Shown here in pieces: positions 1-8,771 of a stretch of 64,000 nt of DNA; position 1 is the stretch's first letter; the number at the start of each line of letters is the position of its first letter. The DNA is from Candidatus Cloacimonadota bacterium. Its GTDB lineage: Bacteria > Cloacimonadota > Cloacimonadia > Cloacimonadales > Cloacimonadaceae. Below the pieces are notes generated by a model, which worked only from the letters and a program-made list of their open reading frames with translations, had not been told where the DNA came from and did no database searches. The stretch spans positions 335 through 64,334 of the forward strand of contig JAQVIX010000006.1 in NCBI GenBank assembly GCA_028695495.1, written 5' to 3'. The translations under genes and the position numbers were made by a program.

Positions 1-89
1 TTCCTTATATTTATAAAGTGTTTTGGCTAAAAAGCAAGTTTGCCAATGGCGGGGTTTTTGGCAAGGATTATTTTAGGGGTTAGGTGGTA

Positions 90-113
90 GGTGATAGGTG
101 TTAGGCGCTGCGC
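90..113 (+). repeat. Left arm of a 24-nt inverted repeat bounding a ~590-bp repeat-mosaic block
   Basis: GGTGATAGGTGTTAGGCGCTGCGC is complementary at 22/24 positions to 659-682. It is embedded in TAGG-rich low complexity (TTAGGGGTTAGGTGGTAGGTGATAGG). Confidence 0.75.
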
Positions 114-211
114 ACGGTGCAAAGTATCGAGTTTGCAGTTGTGAGTTGTCAGTATATCTAATTCTTGGACAAAAAAGCATAGAGCTAAGGGCGGAAGGCT
201 AAAAGCAAAGG

Positions 212-451
212 GGCTGTCCAGTAATACGCAAACAACACAATATCAAGAAATGTCCACACCTGAAATGTAGGGGTTCAAGGCACCCAAACCCGCCGAATAT
301 TACACGCAACAGCTAATCATTACGGACTCAGTATCAATTTATTACGGTGTGTGCTGCGCACACGCTTTATTAAAAGCGGGCGCAAAGCCCTCAAGCCCCT
401 ATACTCCCAATGCGACAGATATCGTGCTTGGTTTTGGCATTTCGGGAAAGC
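212..451 (+). repeat. Repeat family A copy 1 (REPIN/MITE-like nested palindrome, ~240 bp)
   Basis: Outer inverted termini GGCTGTCCAGTAATACGC / GGCATTTCGGGAAAGC. Inner inverted GAAATGTAGGGG / CCCCTATAC. Central hairpin GTGTGC-TGC-GCACAC. Homologous to 27736-27974(-), 47643-47881 and 48115-48355. Confidence 0.85.
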
Positions 452-468
452 ATCCTACAATTACCGGT

Positions 469-517
469 TCAATTCGTGTTAATTTGTGTTAATTCGTGGA
501 CAAATAAAGCTAAGGGC
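469..517 (+). repeat. Phased ATTCGTG array (family F) copy 1
   Basis: Three exact 10-bp-phased units AATTCGTGTT/AATTTGTGTT/AATTCGTGGA followed by CAAATAAAGCTAAGGGC. The same module occurs at 38318-38365. Confidence 0.8.
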
Positions 518-558
518 CAAGAGCTTAGAGCAAGGGGCAGATGCATTTACCTGCCCCA

Positions 559-606
559 CAATTCACTGGTTCATTCGCGCTTCAATTCGCGGCTATTCGC
601 GGTAGC
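559..606 (+). repeat. Phased ATTCGCG array (family F variant)
   Basis: ATTCACT/ATTCGCG/ATTCGCG/ATTCGCG start at 561, 573, 585 and 595 (spacing 12, 12, 10 bp). Confidence 0.7.
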
Positions 607-658
607 ACTTTTCACGTACAGGCACCAGCCAACTCGCAACAAACTATGTCCGTCACGA

Positions 659-682
659 GCGCAGCGCCTATCACCTAACACC
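659..682 (-). repeat. Right arm of the 24-nt inverted repeat (partner of 90-113)
   Basis: GCGCAGCGCCTATCACCTAACACC is the reverse complement of the left arm with 2 mismatches. Confidence 0.75.
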
Positions 683-713
683 TATCCCCTATCACCTTGC
701 GGGTCTGCGAGCT

Positions 714-2162
714 TCAATCAAACCTCAAAATGAGATACCTCAGGTTTTTATTGCGGTCCATCACATAGAGTCGCATGGTTTTCCGCCCCTGCTTATCCAT
801 TTCTTCTTTGGCGCTGCCCAGTTTTTCCAAAAACTCGCTTACGCTATTTACTTCCTGATTTTCGATATTGAGAATTACAAATCCGGGTTGCAGTCCACTG
901 CGTGAAGCGGGTGAATTTGCATCCACATTACTTACCACCACGCCTTTTTCAGAGCTAACGTTCAGCCGTTTGGCAAATTGGGAATCTACGTTTTCCACAG
1001 TGATGCCAGTAGCCACAGCGGCTTTGCCGTTTTTCACTCCGGCTTGAGCCACGCTATCTTCGGGAAATGCTTCCAGGGTCACCTTTATCTTCATCTCTTT
1101 ATTATCCCGCAAAATCTTGAGTGGCAATTCCTCACCCACTTTGGAAGTAGCCACAGCGATGCGAAAACGCGCCACATTATTCACCTTTTCTTTGCCCACT
1201 TCCAATATCACGTCGCCTTCTTTTAGCCCGGCTTTGGCTGCGGGACTATCTTTTTCCACGTTTGCTATCAATACGCCGCTCACTTCTTTGAGGTTAAATG
1301 CTTCCATGATATCCACATCTATTTCCTGAGGCTGAATGCCGATATAGGCGCGTTGCACCTTTCCGCTCTCCACCAGATCATCCACCACGCGTTTGGCAAG
1401 ATTGATGGGGATGGCAAATCCGATGCCAATATTTCCGCCGCTGGTGCTGGCAATGGCAGAATTGATGCCGATTACCTCACCGTGGATATTGAGGAGTGGA
1501 CCACCGCTATTGCCGGGATTGATGGCAGCATCGGTTTGAATAAAATCCTGATATACGGGAGAGTTTTCGCCCAGGCTCATGCCCGAACGGCTCAGCGCGG
1601 AAATCACGCCCAGAGTAACGGTTCTGTCCAAGCCATCGGCAAAAGGATTGCCTATCGCAATCGCCCATTCGCCAATCTCCAGCCTACTGGAATCCCCCAA
1701 AGGCGCCACGGTCACTTTTTCACCTTCGCGCAGGGTTATCTTGATTACCGCCACGTCCGTATTCGGGTCCAGCCCCACCACGCTGGCAGTGTATGTCATT
1801 CTATCTGCAAGGGTTACCGTAATGGTGCCCTCTCTGCCACGCTCTACCACGTGGTTATTTGTCATAATATAAGCTTCGCGGGTGCCGCTATTGTATTCGT
1901 AGATAAAACCGCTGCCCATGGAGGTTACGGAGCGCTGTTGCGGCGGTTGAGGAAAGAAAAAGCGGAAGAAATCGTCATTGAAAAAAGGATTGCTTTGCAC
2001 AGCTACCTTGGCTTCCACTTTGATCTGCACCACGGCTTCACGCACATCCCGCACCACTTGCACCACGGGGTTTGGCTCACTGAACATGTAGGACTTCGCA
2101 TTTGCGCAGCTGCTTATCATTACAAGCAGCAGCAAGAGGTTGAGACTTTTCCAGAATTTCAT
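714..2162 (-). CDS. htrA: HtrA/DegP-family periplasmic serine endoprotease with two PDZ domains
   Basis: 482-aa ORF. Signal peptide MKFWKSLNLLLLLVMISSCANA. Trypsin-fold triad contexts TNNHVV (His), DVAVIKI (Asp) and GNSGGPLLN (Ser). Two PDZ-like C-terminal segments. Confidence 0.9.
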   Translation of the reverse strand: MKFWKSLNLLLLLVMISSCANAKSYMFSEPNPVVQVVRDVREAVVQIKVEAKVAVQSNPFFNDDFFRFFFPQPPQQRSVTSMGSGFIYEYNSGTREAYIMTNNHVVERGREGTITVTLADRMTYTASVVGLDPNTDVAVIKITLREGEKVTVAPLGDSSRLEIGEWAIAIGNPFADGLDRTVTLGVISALSRSGMSLGENSPVYQDFIQTDAAINPGNSGGPLLNIHGEVIGINSAIASTSGGNIGIGFAIPINLAKRVVDDLVESGKVQRAYIGIQPQEIDVDIMEAFNLKEVSGVLIANVEKDSPAAKAGLKEGDVILEVGKEKVNNVARFRIAVATSKVGEELPLKILRDNKEMKIKVTLEAFPEDSVAQAGVKNGKAAVATGITVENVDSQFAKRLNVSSEKGVVVSNVDANSPASRSGLQPGFVILNIENQEVNSVSEFLEKLGSAKEEMDKQGRKTMRLYVMDRNKNLRYLILRFD

Positions 2163-2408
2163 TTGTTCTTCTCCTGTTCATTTTGCTTATCCGGCAGCGC
2201 AGCCTTTGGCTTCCAAGTATTTTCCCAGGGCTTTTATCAAAAGGATATTCGCCACCAGAAAGCGTGCTTCTTTTATATTATATACACATCTGAGGTTAAA
2301 AACAAGCATTTTTTCTTGATAAACGTGGATGTTGTAAGTGATCTTTAGAAGTTGAGTGCCAAACAGCCCATTTTTGGCTAGTGTCTGCATCTTACATGAA
2401 GAATGTTC

Positions 2409-2480
2409 GTAACTCGTTAGTTACCCGTTGCTTGCACGGCGAATGGACGGGGAAGGGATGAGGAAGCAGCGTAAATGCAG
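2409..2480 (-). repeat. Repeat family E copy 1
   Basis: The reverse complement (CGCTGCTTCCTCATCCCTTCCCCGTCCATTCGCCGTGCAAGCAACGGGTAACTAACGAGTTAC) aligns with 63505-63585. Confidence 0.8.
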
Positions 2481-2644
2481 CAAATCAATACAAATATATA
2501 GAGTTAGCAAGGGTGGTGCGGGGTAATAAAATCAATAATACATCTCCTTGAAAAAGGGGGAAGCAGCGAAATCCCCCCGATTTTTCTTGACAGAGATAGC
2601 CAAAACTAAAAGCTGTAATCTTTAGAATATATCTGAGGTGAGAC

Positions 2645-3079
2645 TTGAAGAAATACCTTATATTGTTGCTCTTTACGCTTTCGCTGCTATATGCGGCAAG
2701 CCCCAGCCGCGCCATGCTCTATTCCGCGTTTGTGCCGGGTGGCGGGCAAATCTACAATAAAGCTTACCTCAAAGCTGGAGTGGTGGTGGGTTTACAATCA
2801 TATCTTTTGGCAAATACCCTGCATCAGGATGCCTTGGTGCAGGATTACAAGAGCAAAATCAACAAGGAAAACGACGCCTTTTTGATTCAAAGCTACCGGG
2901 ATAAACAGTATGAAGCCCGTCAGGCGCGCACCAGCGGCATCTGGTGGATGGCTATCGTAAGCACTTTGAGTGTCTTAGACGCCTACGTGGATGCTCATTT
3001 AACCGATTTTGAGGAGCAAAGAGAGGGTCTGCACCTTCGCTTTGAAGATGAAAAAATAACACTAATATATCGCTATTGA
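2645..3079 (+). CDS. Small secreted/membrane protein of unknown function (possibly DUF5683-like)
   Basis: 144-aa ORF with a TTG start preceded by GAGGTGAG. Signal peptide. The PGGGQIYNKAYLK motif resembles what I remember of DUF5683. Not verified. Confidence 0.45.
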   Translation: MKKYLILLLFTLSLLYAASPSRAMLYSAFVPGGGQIYNKAYLKAGVVVGLQSYLLANTLHQDALVQDYKSKINKENDAFLIQSYRDKQYEARQARTSGIWWMAIVSTLSVLDAYVDAHLTDFEEQREGLHLRFEDEKITLIYRY

Positions 3080-3094
3080 AAAAGGAAGATTTGT

Positions 3095-3883
3095 ATGAAC
3101 AGAAAGCTTATCCTATCCATTGTTATCATGCTCTTTGCGTTTGCCCTGATGGCGCAAAACGGAGTGTCGATTAAGAGTTTTGAGCTTCAGGTATTGCAGC
3201 TTACAAATATGGAACGCGCCAAATACGGACTAAAGGAATTGAAACACGATGAGGGGTTGGCAGATTTGGCAAGGCGGCATTCGCAAAACATGCACAAGCA
3301 TAATTTCTTTGCTCACAAGGATATTTGGGGCGACGAGGTGGGAGATCGCAAGCGGAAGTATTATCCCGAAATGCTGGTGAGCTCTGTGGGGGAAAATTTG
3401 GGCAAATTCACCAACTCCTGCAATGCTTTCAAACCGGAAGAATTGGTAAGAGGTTGGATGAACTCTCCCGGACACAGAGAGCAGATAATGGATTCGGAAT
3501 ATACGCATTTGGGGGTGGGGATTTCCGTAAAAAATGGCGTAATGTATGCCACGCAAAACTTTGCCGCAGCTTTGGTAAAGCTCTATAGCCCGCTGCCTGA
3601 AAGATTGAGTACCAAGGATACCTATACCCTGCGCTTTGAATACCTATGCGATTTGGATAAGGACTTTCTGGGCGCTACGCTTGTATATCCGAACCCAAAA
3701 ACCAAATACCGGCTTTCTGAAACCGAGGAAATGCTGGGTGGGCAGCCGCTTTCTATCAAATGGATTACGGATCAGATACTGGAGCTAAGAGTTCCCTTCC
3801 ATGCCGGTAGAGGAAATTACAAGCTTTGTTTTGGCTATGCCGGTGGTTATTTTCAAGAGGGCATTCCGCTCAAAGTAAAATAA
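3095..3883 (+). CDS. Secreted CAP/SCP (PR-1-like, YkwD-type) domain protein with extra C-terminal domain
   Basis: 262-aa ORF with a signal peptide. CAP-domain motifs LARRHSQNM...FFAH and GHREQIMDSEYTHLGVG. Confidence 0.75.
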   Translation: MNRKLILSIVIMLFAFALMAQNGVSIKSFELQVLQLTNMERAKYGLKELKHDEGLADLARRHSQNMHKHNFFAHKDIWGDEVGDRKRKYYPEMLVSSVGENLGKFTNSCNAFKPEELVRGWMNSPGHREQIMDSEYTHLGVGISVKNGVMYATQNFAAALVKLYSPLPERLSTKDTYTLRFEYLCDLDKDFLGATLVYPNPKTKYRLSETEEMLGGQPLSIKWITDQILELRVPFHAGRGNYKLCFGYAGGYFQEGIPLKVK

Positions 3884-3889
3884 GAACGC

Positions 3890-4660
3890 CTAAACCTCGA
3901 TTTCCACAAAGACCAGACAGTGGTCTGAACCCATGATGTCCTGACGGATACCGGCGTTTTTTACTCTGCCGAGACCTTCGGAATTTACAAAGAAATAGTC
4001 GATTCTCCAGCCAATATTGCGGGGGCGCGCACCGGCGCGATAGCTCCACCAGCTATATTGTTCGGCAGATTTATCGAAGTGGCGGAAGGTATCTACCCAG
4101 CCATATTCCACTATTTTGTCCAGCCAGGCGCGTTCGATGGGCAAGAATCCCGTTACATCCTCATTTTCTTTGGGACGCGCAAGGTCGATCTCCTTATGCG
4201 CCGTATTGTAATCTCCCGCTACTAATACCAGCTTCCCTTTTCTGCGGGTAAGCTCCATTATTTCCAATGCCTTATCGTAAAAACGCAGTTTGTAGGCAAG
4301 GCGTTCATCCCCCTGCCCCCCGTTTGGGAAATAGATATTGAAAAGGATAAAAGTCTCGTATTCGGCGATATTGATGCGCCCTTCGGTATCAAACTCTTCC
4401 ACGCCAAAGGTGCTGTTGAAGCTCAGCGGCTTTTCCTTGCTCAAAAGCGCAGTTCCGGAATATCCCTTGCGCAGGGCATGCGACCAAAACTGTTGATACT
4501 GGGAAAGTTCCGCCATTTCTTCCGGAATCTGATGCTCCTGCAATTTGGTTTCCTGCAAACCCAAAATGTCTGGATTTTCCCTTTCTATGGTAGCTAAAAA
4601 GTCCTTTTTCATTACCGCCCTTAGCCCATTTACATTCCAAGACCAAATCTTTTGTGTCAT
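3890..4660 (-). CDS. xth: Exodeoxyribonuclease III (AP endonuclease)
   Basis: 256 aa. N-terminal WNVNGLRA, QETK, and C-terminal GSDHCLVFVEI, all typical of the ExoIII/EEP fold. Confidence 0.9.
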   Translation of the reverse strand: MTQKIWSWNVNGLRAVMKKDFLATIERENPDILGLQETKLQEHQIPEEMAELSQYQQFWSHALRKGYSGTALLSKEKPLSFNSTFGVEEFDTEGRINIAEYETFILFNIYFPNGGQGDERLAYKLRFYDKALEIMELTRRKGKLVLVAGDYNTAHKEIDLARPKENEDVTGFLPIERAWLDKIVEYGWVDTFRHFDKSAEQYSWWSYRAGARPRNIGWRIDYFFVNSEGLGRVKNAGIRQDIMGSDHCLVFVEIEV

Positions 4661-4687
4661 TTATCTATCCTTTTATTCTTGATATAA

Positions 4688-5449
4688 TTAGCTCTTCATA
4701 TAGAGGCTCCATTCGTGCAGAGCCTTGTCCATTATATTGCAATCCAGCCCCACCGAAAGCAGGATGCGCTCCAAAACCTTTAATGCCGGGTATTCAGTGG
4801 CAAAATGACCAGCATCGAGGATGGGGATTTTGCTATCCAAAAATACATGGTAAGAGATATCGCCGGTAATCAGCACTTCGGCGCGGCGCTCTGCCAGGCT
4901 CAGTGCCGATGCGCCCGCCCCGCCGCAGATGGCAATACGGCTTAATTCCTGAGTTTCGCTTTTACCCGCCGTCCATAGCCGCAGCTGCTGGGTATTTAGG
5001 CGAGTTTTCACCCTTTCTGCCAGATCTGCCAGGCTTATCGCACTATGGTAGCGGCATAAAAGCCCCAGTTCGCCCTTTTCCACATCCCCCAAATCTTCCA
5101 GGATATCCAAGCCCAATTCCTCTGCCAAAGCGTGGTTTACTCCGCCCAAAGCAGCATCGAAATTGGTATGCAGGCTGATCAGCGAAATCTTTGCCTCAAT
5201 CATTTGCAAAATAACGGGATTGGTGATATTATACAGGGGTTTGAAGATGAGCGGATGGTGGCTGATAATGAGGTCGTAGCCGCCTTCGATGGCAAGCGCC
5301 AGCGCATTGGGAGTGGCGTCCAGGCAGATGAGCGCTTTGCGCACCCGCCTTGCCCCATCGCCTATCAAAAGCCCCACATTATCCCAGCTTTGTGCCAGTT
5401 CTTTGGGGGCGTAATTCTCTAAATGTTCCAAAACATCTTTGATCTGCAT
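4688..5449 (-). CDS. Nif3-like dinuclear metal centre protein (GTP cyclohydrolase I type 2 homolog family)
   Basis: 253 aa. WDNVGLLIG and ISHHPLIF motifs characteristic of the NIF3/YbgI family. Confidence 0.8.
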   Translation of the reverse strand: MQIKDVLEHLENYAPKELAQSWDNVGLLIGDGARRVRKALICLDATPNALALAIEGGYDLIISHHPLIFKPLYNITNPVILQMIEAKISLISLHTNFDAALGGVNHALAEELGLDILEDLGDVEKGELGLLCRYHSAISLADLAERVKTRLNTQQLRLWTAGKSETQELSRIAICGGAGASALSLAERRAEVLITGDISYHVFLDSKIPILDAGHFATEYPALKVLERILLSVGLDCNIMDKALHEWSLYMKS

Positions 5450-5458
5450 AAGATACTC

Positions 5459-7147
5459 CTATTGATACAGGAAGCGCTTGATCTTTTGGGTGGGGGTTTT
5501 CTCGAAGGGTTCTTTTTGCTCGATTATCTTGTGAATCTTGGAAAAAGAGGCTACATTGGCGTTTAGATGCGTGCGCAATTCTATAAGGTGCTTTTCGATA
5601 AAACGTTCGCTCTGGGCGCTGCCCATATTGGATATATTGTGCAATTTATCCAAAATCTCATAGTTCAAGAATACACGCGCCATGATGTGTCCGCCGCTTT
5701 CGTAAACCAGGGATTCCAATACTGTTTCCGCTTCGTTCAGCTTCGCTTCCAGCTCTTCGGCATAGATATTATCTCCATTGGGACCAATGATTACGTTTTT
5801 GATGCGCCCCTTGATATAGAGATAGTTATCCTTGGTATGTAGCCCCAAATCTCCGGTTTTGAAAAAGCCATCCGGCGAATATGCCGCTTCGGTGCGCTCT
5901 TTATCCCGATAGTAGCCCAGCATCACGGTAGGACCTTTTACCAGGATTTCGCCGATCTTGGTTTTGGGATCGGGATTATCGATGCGCACTTCCAATTCTG
6001 GCAAAACCGTTCCGGTGGAGCGGAATTTCACCACCTTAGGCGTGCAGCCGGCGATCAAAGGCGAGGTCTCGGTAAGCCCATAGCCAATAGCATAAGGGAA
6101 GCCCGCTTCAAACAAAAAGCGCTCCACATCGTGGGAAAGCAGCGCACCGCCAATGCCAAAGAAATGCAGGTGTCCGCCAAAGGTTTTCATCAACTTCTTG
6201 CCCGCTACCTTGTGCAGCGCTTTGCGGATGGGCGGCAGCTTATACATTTCGCGCATCACGAGATTCCGCGTAAGCTGCGGATATACCTGCATCTTAAAGA
6301 TTTTTTCGATAATCAGGGGCACTGTAAGAATCATCGTGGGGCGAATCTTTTGCATGGCGGGAATCAGGATGCGCGCTGTGGGCGGTTTATCCAGATAGTA
6401 AATCGCTGCCCCCGCCATCAGGGGAATAATGAAACCAATAGTACATTCATAAGTATGGGGCAAGGGCAAGACGGAGATCAGGCGGTCGTGCTCGTCTACC
6501 TTTTGGATGTGCAAGGTAAGCCAGGCGTCTTTCACCAGGTTTTTGTGCGATAGCATCACGCCTTTGCTGCTACCCGTGGTGCCAGAGGTATAGATCAACG
6601 CTGCCATATCGTTTTCAGCCGGTTCTTCCGAAATACCTACCGCCTCCAAAGCCATGTTTTTAAAGCGTTTAAAGGCGTAGCTGCCGCTTTGAATAATCTC
6701 GCTGAGCTTGTCTTTGGGAACCCGCGCTTCCACGGGGATAAGGGTATCCAGATTGATCATCAGGGGAAAAGGGTCCAGATCGCTATAGCCAATCTTGTCG
6801 TATTGGGCAGTGGAGACAAATACCGCTTTGGAACCGCTATGCCGGATAATATGCAGAATCTCATTTATATGAAAATCCACCAAAATGGGCACCACTACTG
6901 CGCCCATGGTGGTAATAGCCAAATACGCCACGCCCCAATTTGGCATATTTTGGGAAAGGATTGCCACGCGGTCGCCTTTGTGGATGCCGTATTGGCGCAA
7001 GAGGGCGATGGTATCCTCTATCATCTGCCCCAGTTCTGCATAAGTGATGGGTTTATCATCCACCATGGATAGTGCATTGCGCTCTGGATACTTTTGGATA
7101 GTGCGCATTATCATCGTTTTCAAATTGAAGCTTTCAAGCTGAATCAT
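5459..7147 (-). CDS. AMP-dependent synthetase / long-chain acyl-CoA ligase
   Basis: 562 aa. AMP-binding signature YTSGTTGSSKGVMLSHKN, GYGLTETS, and C-terminal TPTQKIKR. Confidence 0.85.
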   Translation of the reverse strand: MIQLESFNLKTMIMRTIQKYPERNALSMVDDKPITYAELGQMIEDTIALLRQYGIHKGDRVAILSQNMPNWGVAYLAITTMGAVVVPILVDFHINEILHIIRHSGSKAVFVSTAQYDKIGYSDLDPFPLMINLDTLIPVEARVPKDKLSEIIQSGSYAFKRFKNMALEAVGISEEPAENDMAALIYTSGTTGSSKGVMLSHKNLVKDAWLTLHIQKVDEHDRLISVLPLPHTYECTIGFIIPLMAGAAIYYLDKPPTARILIPAMQKIRPTMILTVPLIIEKIFKMQVYPQLTRNLVMREMYKLPPIRKALHKVAGKKLMKTFGGHLHFFGIGGALLSHDVERFLFEAGFPYAIGYGLTETSPLIAGCTPKVVKFRSTGTVLPELEVRIDNPDPKTKIGEILVKGPTVMLGYYRDKERTEAAYSPDGFFKTGDLGLHTKDNYLYIKGRIKNVIIGPNGDNIYAEELEAKLNEAETVLESLVYESGGHIMARVFLNYEILDKLHNISNMGSAQSERFIEKHLIELRTHLNANVASFSKIHKIIEQKEPFEKTPTQKIKRFLYQ

Positions 7148-7211
7148 TCATTTCTCCTTAAGTAAGGTGTAGCTAATAATTTAATCCGTTTTAGTAAATG
7201 GGCAACGCTTT

Positions 7212-8381
7212 TCATTTTAATAAGGCAGCCAGCATGCCCGTGGAAACTGCCATTTGGATGCTAAAGCCGCCGGTGGGCAACGTATATGCCAATAGCTCGC
7301 CGGCGAAATATAAACCTTTGATTAGTTTGGATTCCATCGTTCCCGCTTTTACCTCTTTGAGGCAGATACCGCCATAATCCCCCATGGCGATGCCTTCGCC
7401 GCCCAGGCTTCTTACCGTGAAAGGAACTTGCTGCAAGCTCTCGCAAATGCGGCGCATGTCCTTGTGTTTATACTCATGTAAGGCTTTATCCGGGGCAGAG
7501 ATGTGGCTAAGCAACGCCAGTGCCACTGCTTTGGGGATTCCTTTTGTTTGCAAATAACTGCTTAGCTTCCTGGCTTTGTGTTCGGTGGAGAGCGTGAGGA
7601 GATTGCTCTGGATAAAAGAAATCTGGATAGTGACGTCCGGCTGGAAAAGGTGGCTATTATCCAAAATAAGGGGACCGCTCAAGCCCTGATGCGTAAAGAG
7701 TAAATCCCCGCTGTAGCGCCGTTTGCCCAGACGAAGCTCGGCGCCCTTCAAGCTGATGCCCGCACAGTATTGAAAAGCGCCAAAGTTCTTTACCGTAATA
7801 TTGGTCAAAGCAGGGCGCGAGGGGATGATCGTATGCCCCAGCTTTGCCGCTAATTGATAGCAATTGCCATCGCTGCCGGTAGAAGCATAAGCAGCACCCC
7901 CGCCGGCTAAGATGAGCTTTTTACAGCGGTATTGGCGTTTATCTGCCGTAGATAGAATGAAGTAATCGCCTTCTTTGGTGATTTCGCTTACGCGGGTATC
8001 GTATTCAACTGATTGCCCGGCTTTGTGGAGAATCTTTAGCAAAGTGTCCCGCACTTCGCTGCTCTGCAGGCTTTGGGGAAATACCTTGCTGTCTTCGCGG
8101 ATGAAGGTAGCACAGGCGTTGGCTTCCAAGAGATCGATAAAGGCTTGATTGTCAAAATGGTAAAAGGCGGGTTTCAGGAAGTTCTTGTATTCACCCAAGC
8201 GCTGTAGGAACTCCTCCGGTGCGATGGCATTCGTAAAATTGCACTGTCCTTTACCAGAAAGCAGCAGTTTTTTGCCGGCAAAAGGATTACGCTCCAGGAT
8301 GATGGCGGGCACTTTGGCAGCAATACCCGCAGCCAATCCGGCAGGACCGGCACCGATGATGATGAGTTCGGATAGCGCCAT
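7212..8381 (-). CDS. HI0933/YhiN (BaiN-like) family FAD-dependent oxidoreductase
   Basis: 389 aa. N-terminal IIIGAGPAGLAAG Rossmann motif and C-terminal GLYFAGELL, typical of the family. Confidence 0.8.
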   Translation of the reverse strand: MALSELIIIGAGPAGLAAGIAAKVPAIILERNPFAGKKLLLSGKGQCNFTNAIAPEEFLQRLGEYKNFLKPAFYHFDNQAFIDLLEANACATFIREDSKVFPQSLQSSEVRDTLLKILHKAGQSVEYDTRVSEITKEGDYFILSTADKRQYRCKKLILAGGGAAYASTGSDGNCYQLAAKLGHTIIPSRPALTNITVKNFGAFQYCAGISLKGAELRLGKRRYSGDLLFTHQGLSGPLILDNSHLFQPDVTIQISFIQSNLLTLSTEHKARKLSSYLQTKGIPKAVALALLSHISAPDKALHEYKHKDMRRICESLQQVPFTVRSLGGEGIAMGDYGGICLKEVKAGTMESKLIKGLYFAGELLAYTLPTGGFSIQMAVSTGMLAALLK

Positions 8382-8771
8382 CGTTATCCCGCAACCCCGG
8401 GATTAGGATATTGCCAGGCGCGATTTAGGGGTTTTGCAGCATGGCGCAGACAGCTACAGGTAGAATAGCAGTACCTGATCTGGTATTTTAGGCATCTGTT
8501 TCGCATGGCATTATTCCTTTCTCATTTATTTAACCCACTATTTTGGGCTTTCAATTCCTGTCAATCCGAAAGGGGAAGCATTACGCGCATCAATGATATT
8601 TGCATAGAATATGAAATGACACTATCTACATCTAATACATTGCACTACGTAATTTTACATCCTGCATTTTGCCTTCTTCATTACCAGCTTGCTCGCTATA
8701 ATTGATAATTTACTTGACAGAAACATAATACCTCAAAAGAATCAAACCATCCTGACATATGGGAGGATAGG

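Noticed and set aside
73-114. TTAGGG-like tract (TTAGGGGTTAGGTGGTAGG) as telomere-type repeat
   Set aside because: It is short, degenerate and internal. It forms one arm of an inverted repeat within a bacterial-type intergenic block, and nothing else suggests a linear replicon end.
410-733. 107-aa ORF in the first intergenic block
   Set aside because: It lies entirely within repeat modules (family A end, ATTCGTG arrays, inverted repeat). It has no RBS, its composition is repeat-driven, and it overlaps the htrA 3' end.
1353-2348. 331-aa ORF antisense to htrA, plus other long antisense ORFs (9249-9926, 13622-14206, 19406-20314, 35164-35892, 57532-58131, 58679-59284)
   Set aside because: These are shadow ORFs opposite well-supported genes. 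They have His/Arg/Gly- or Ser/Pro-rich low-complexity translations and no recognisable motifs.
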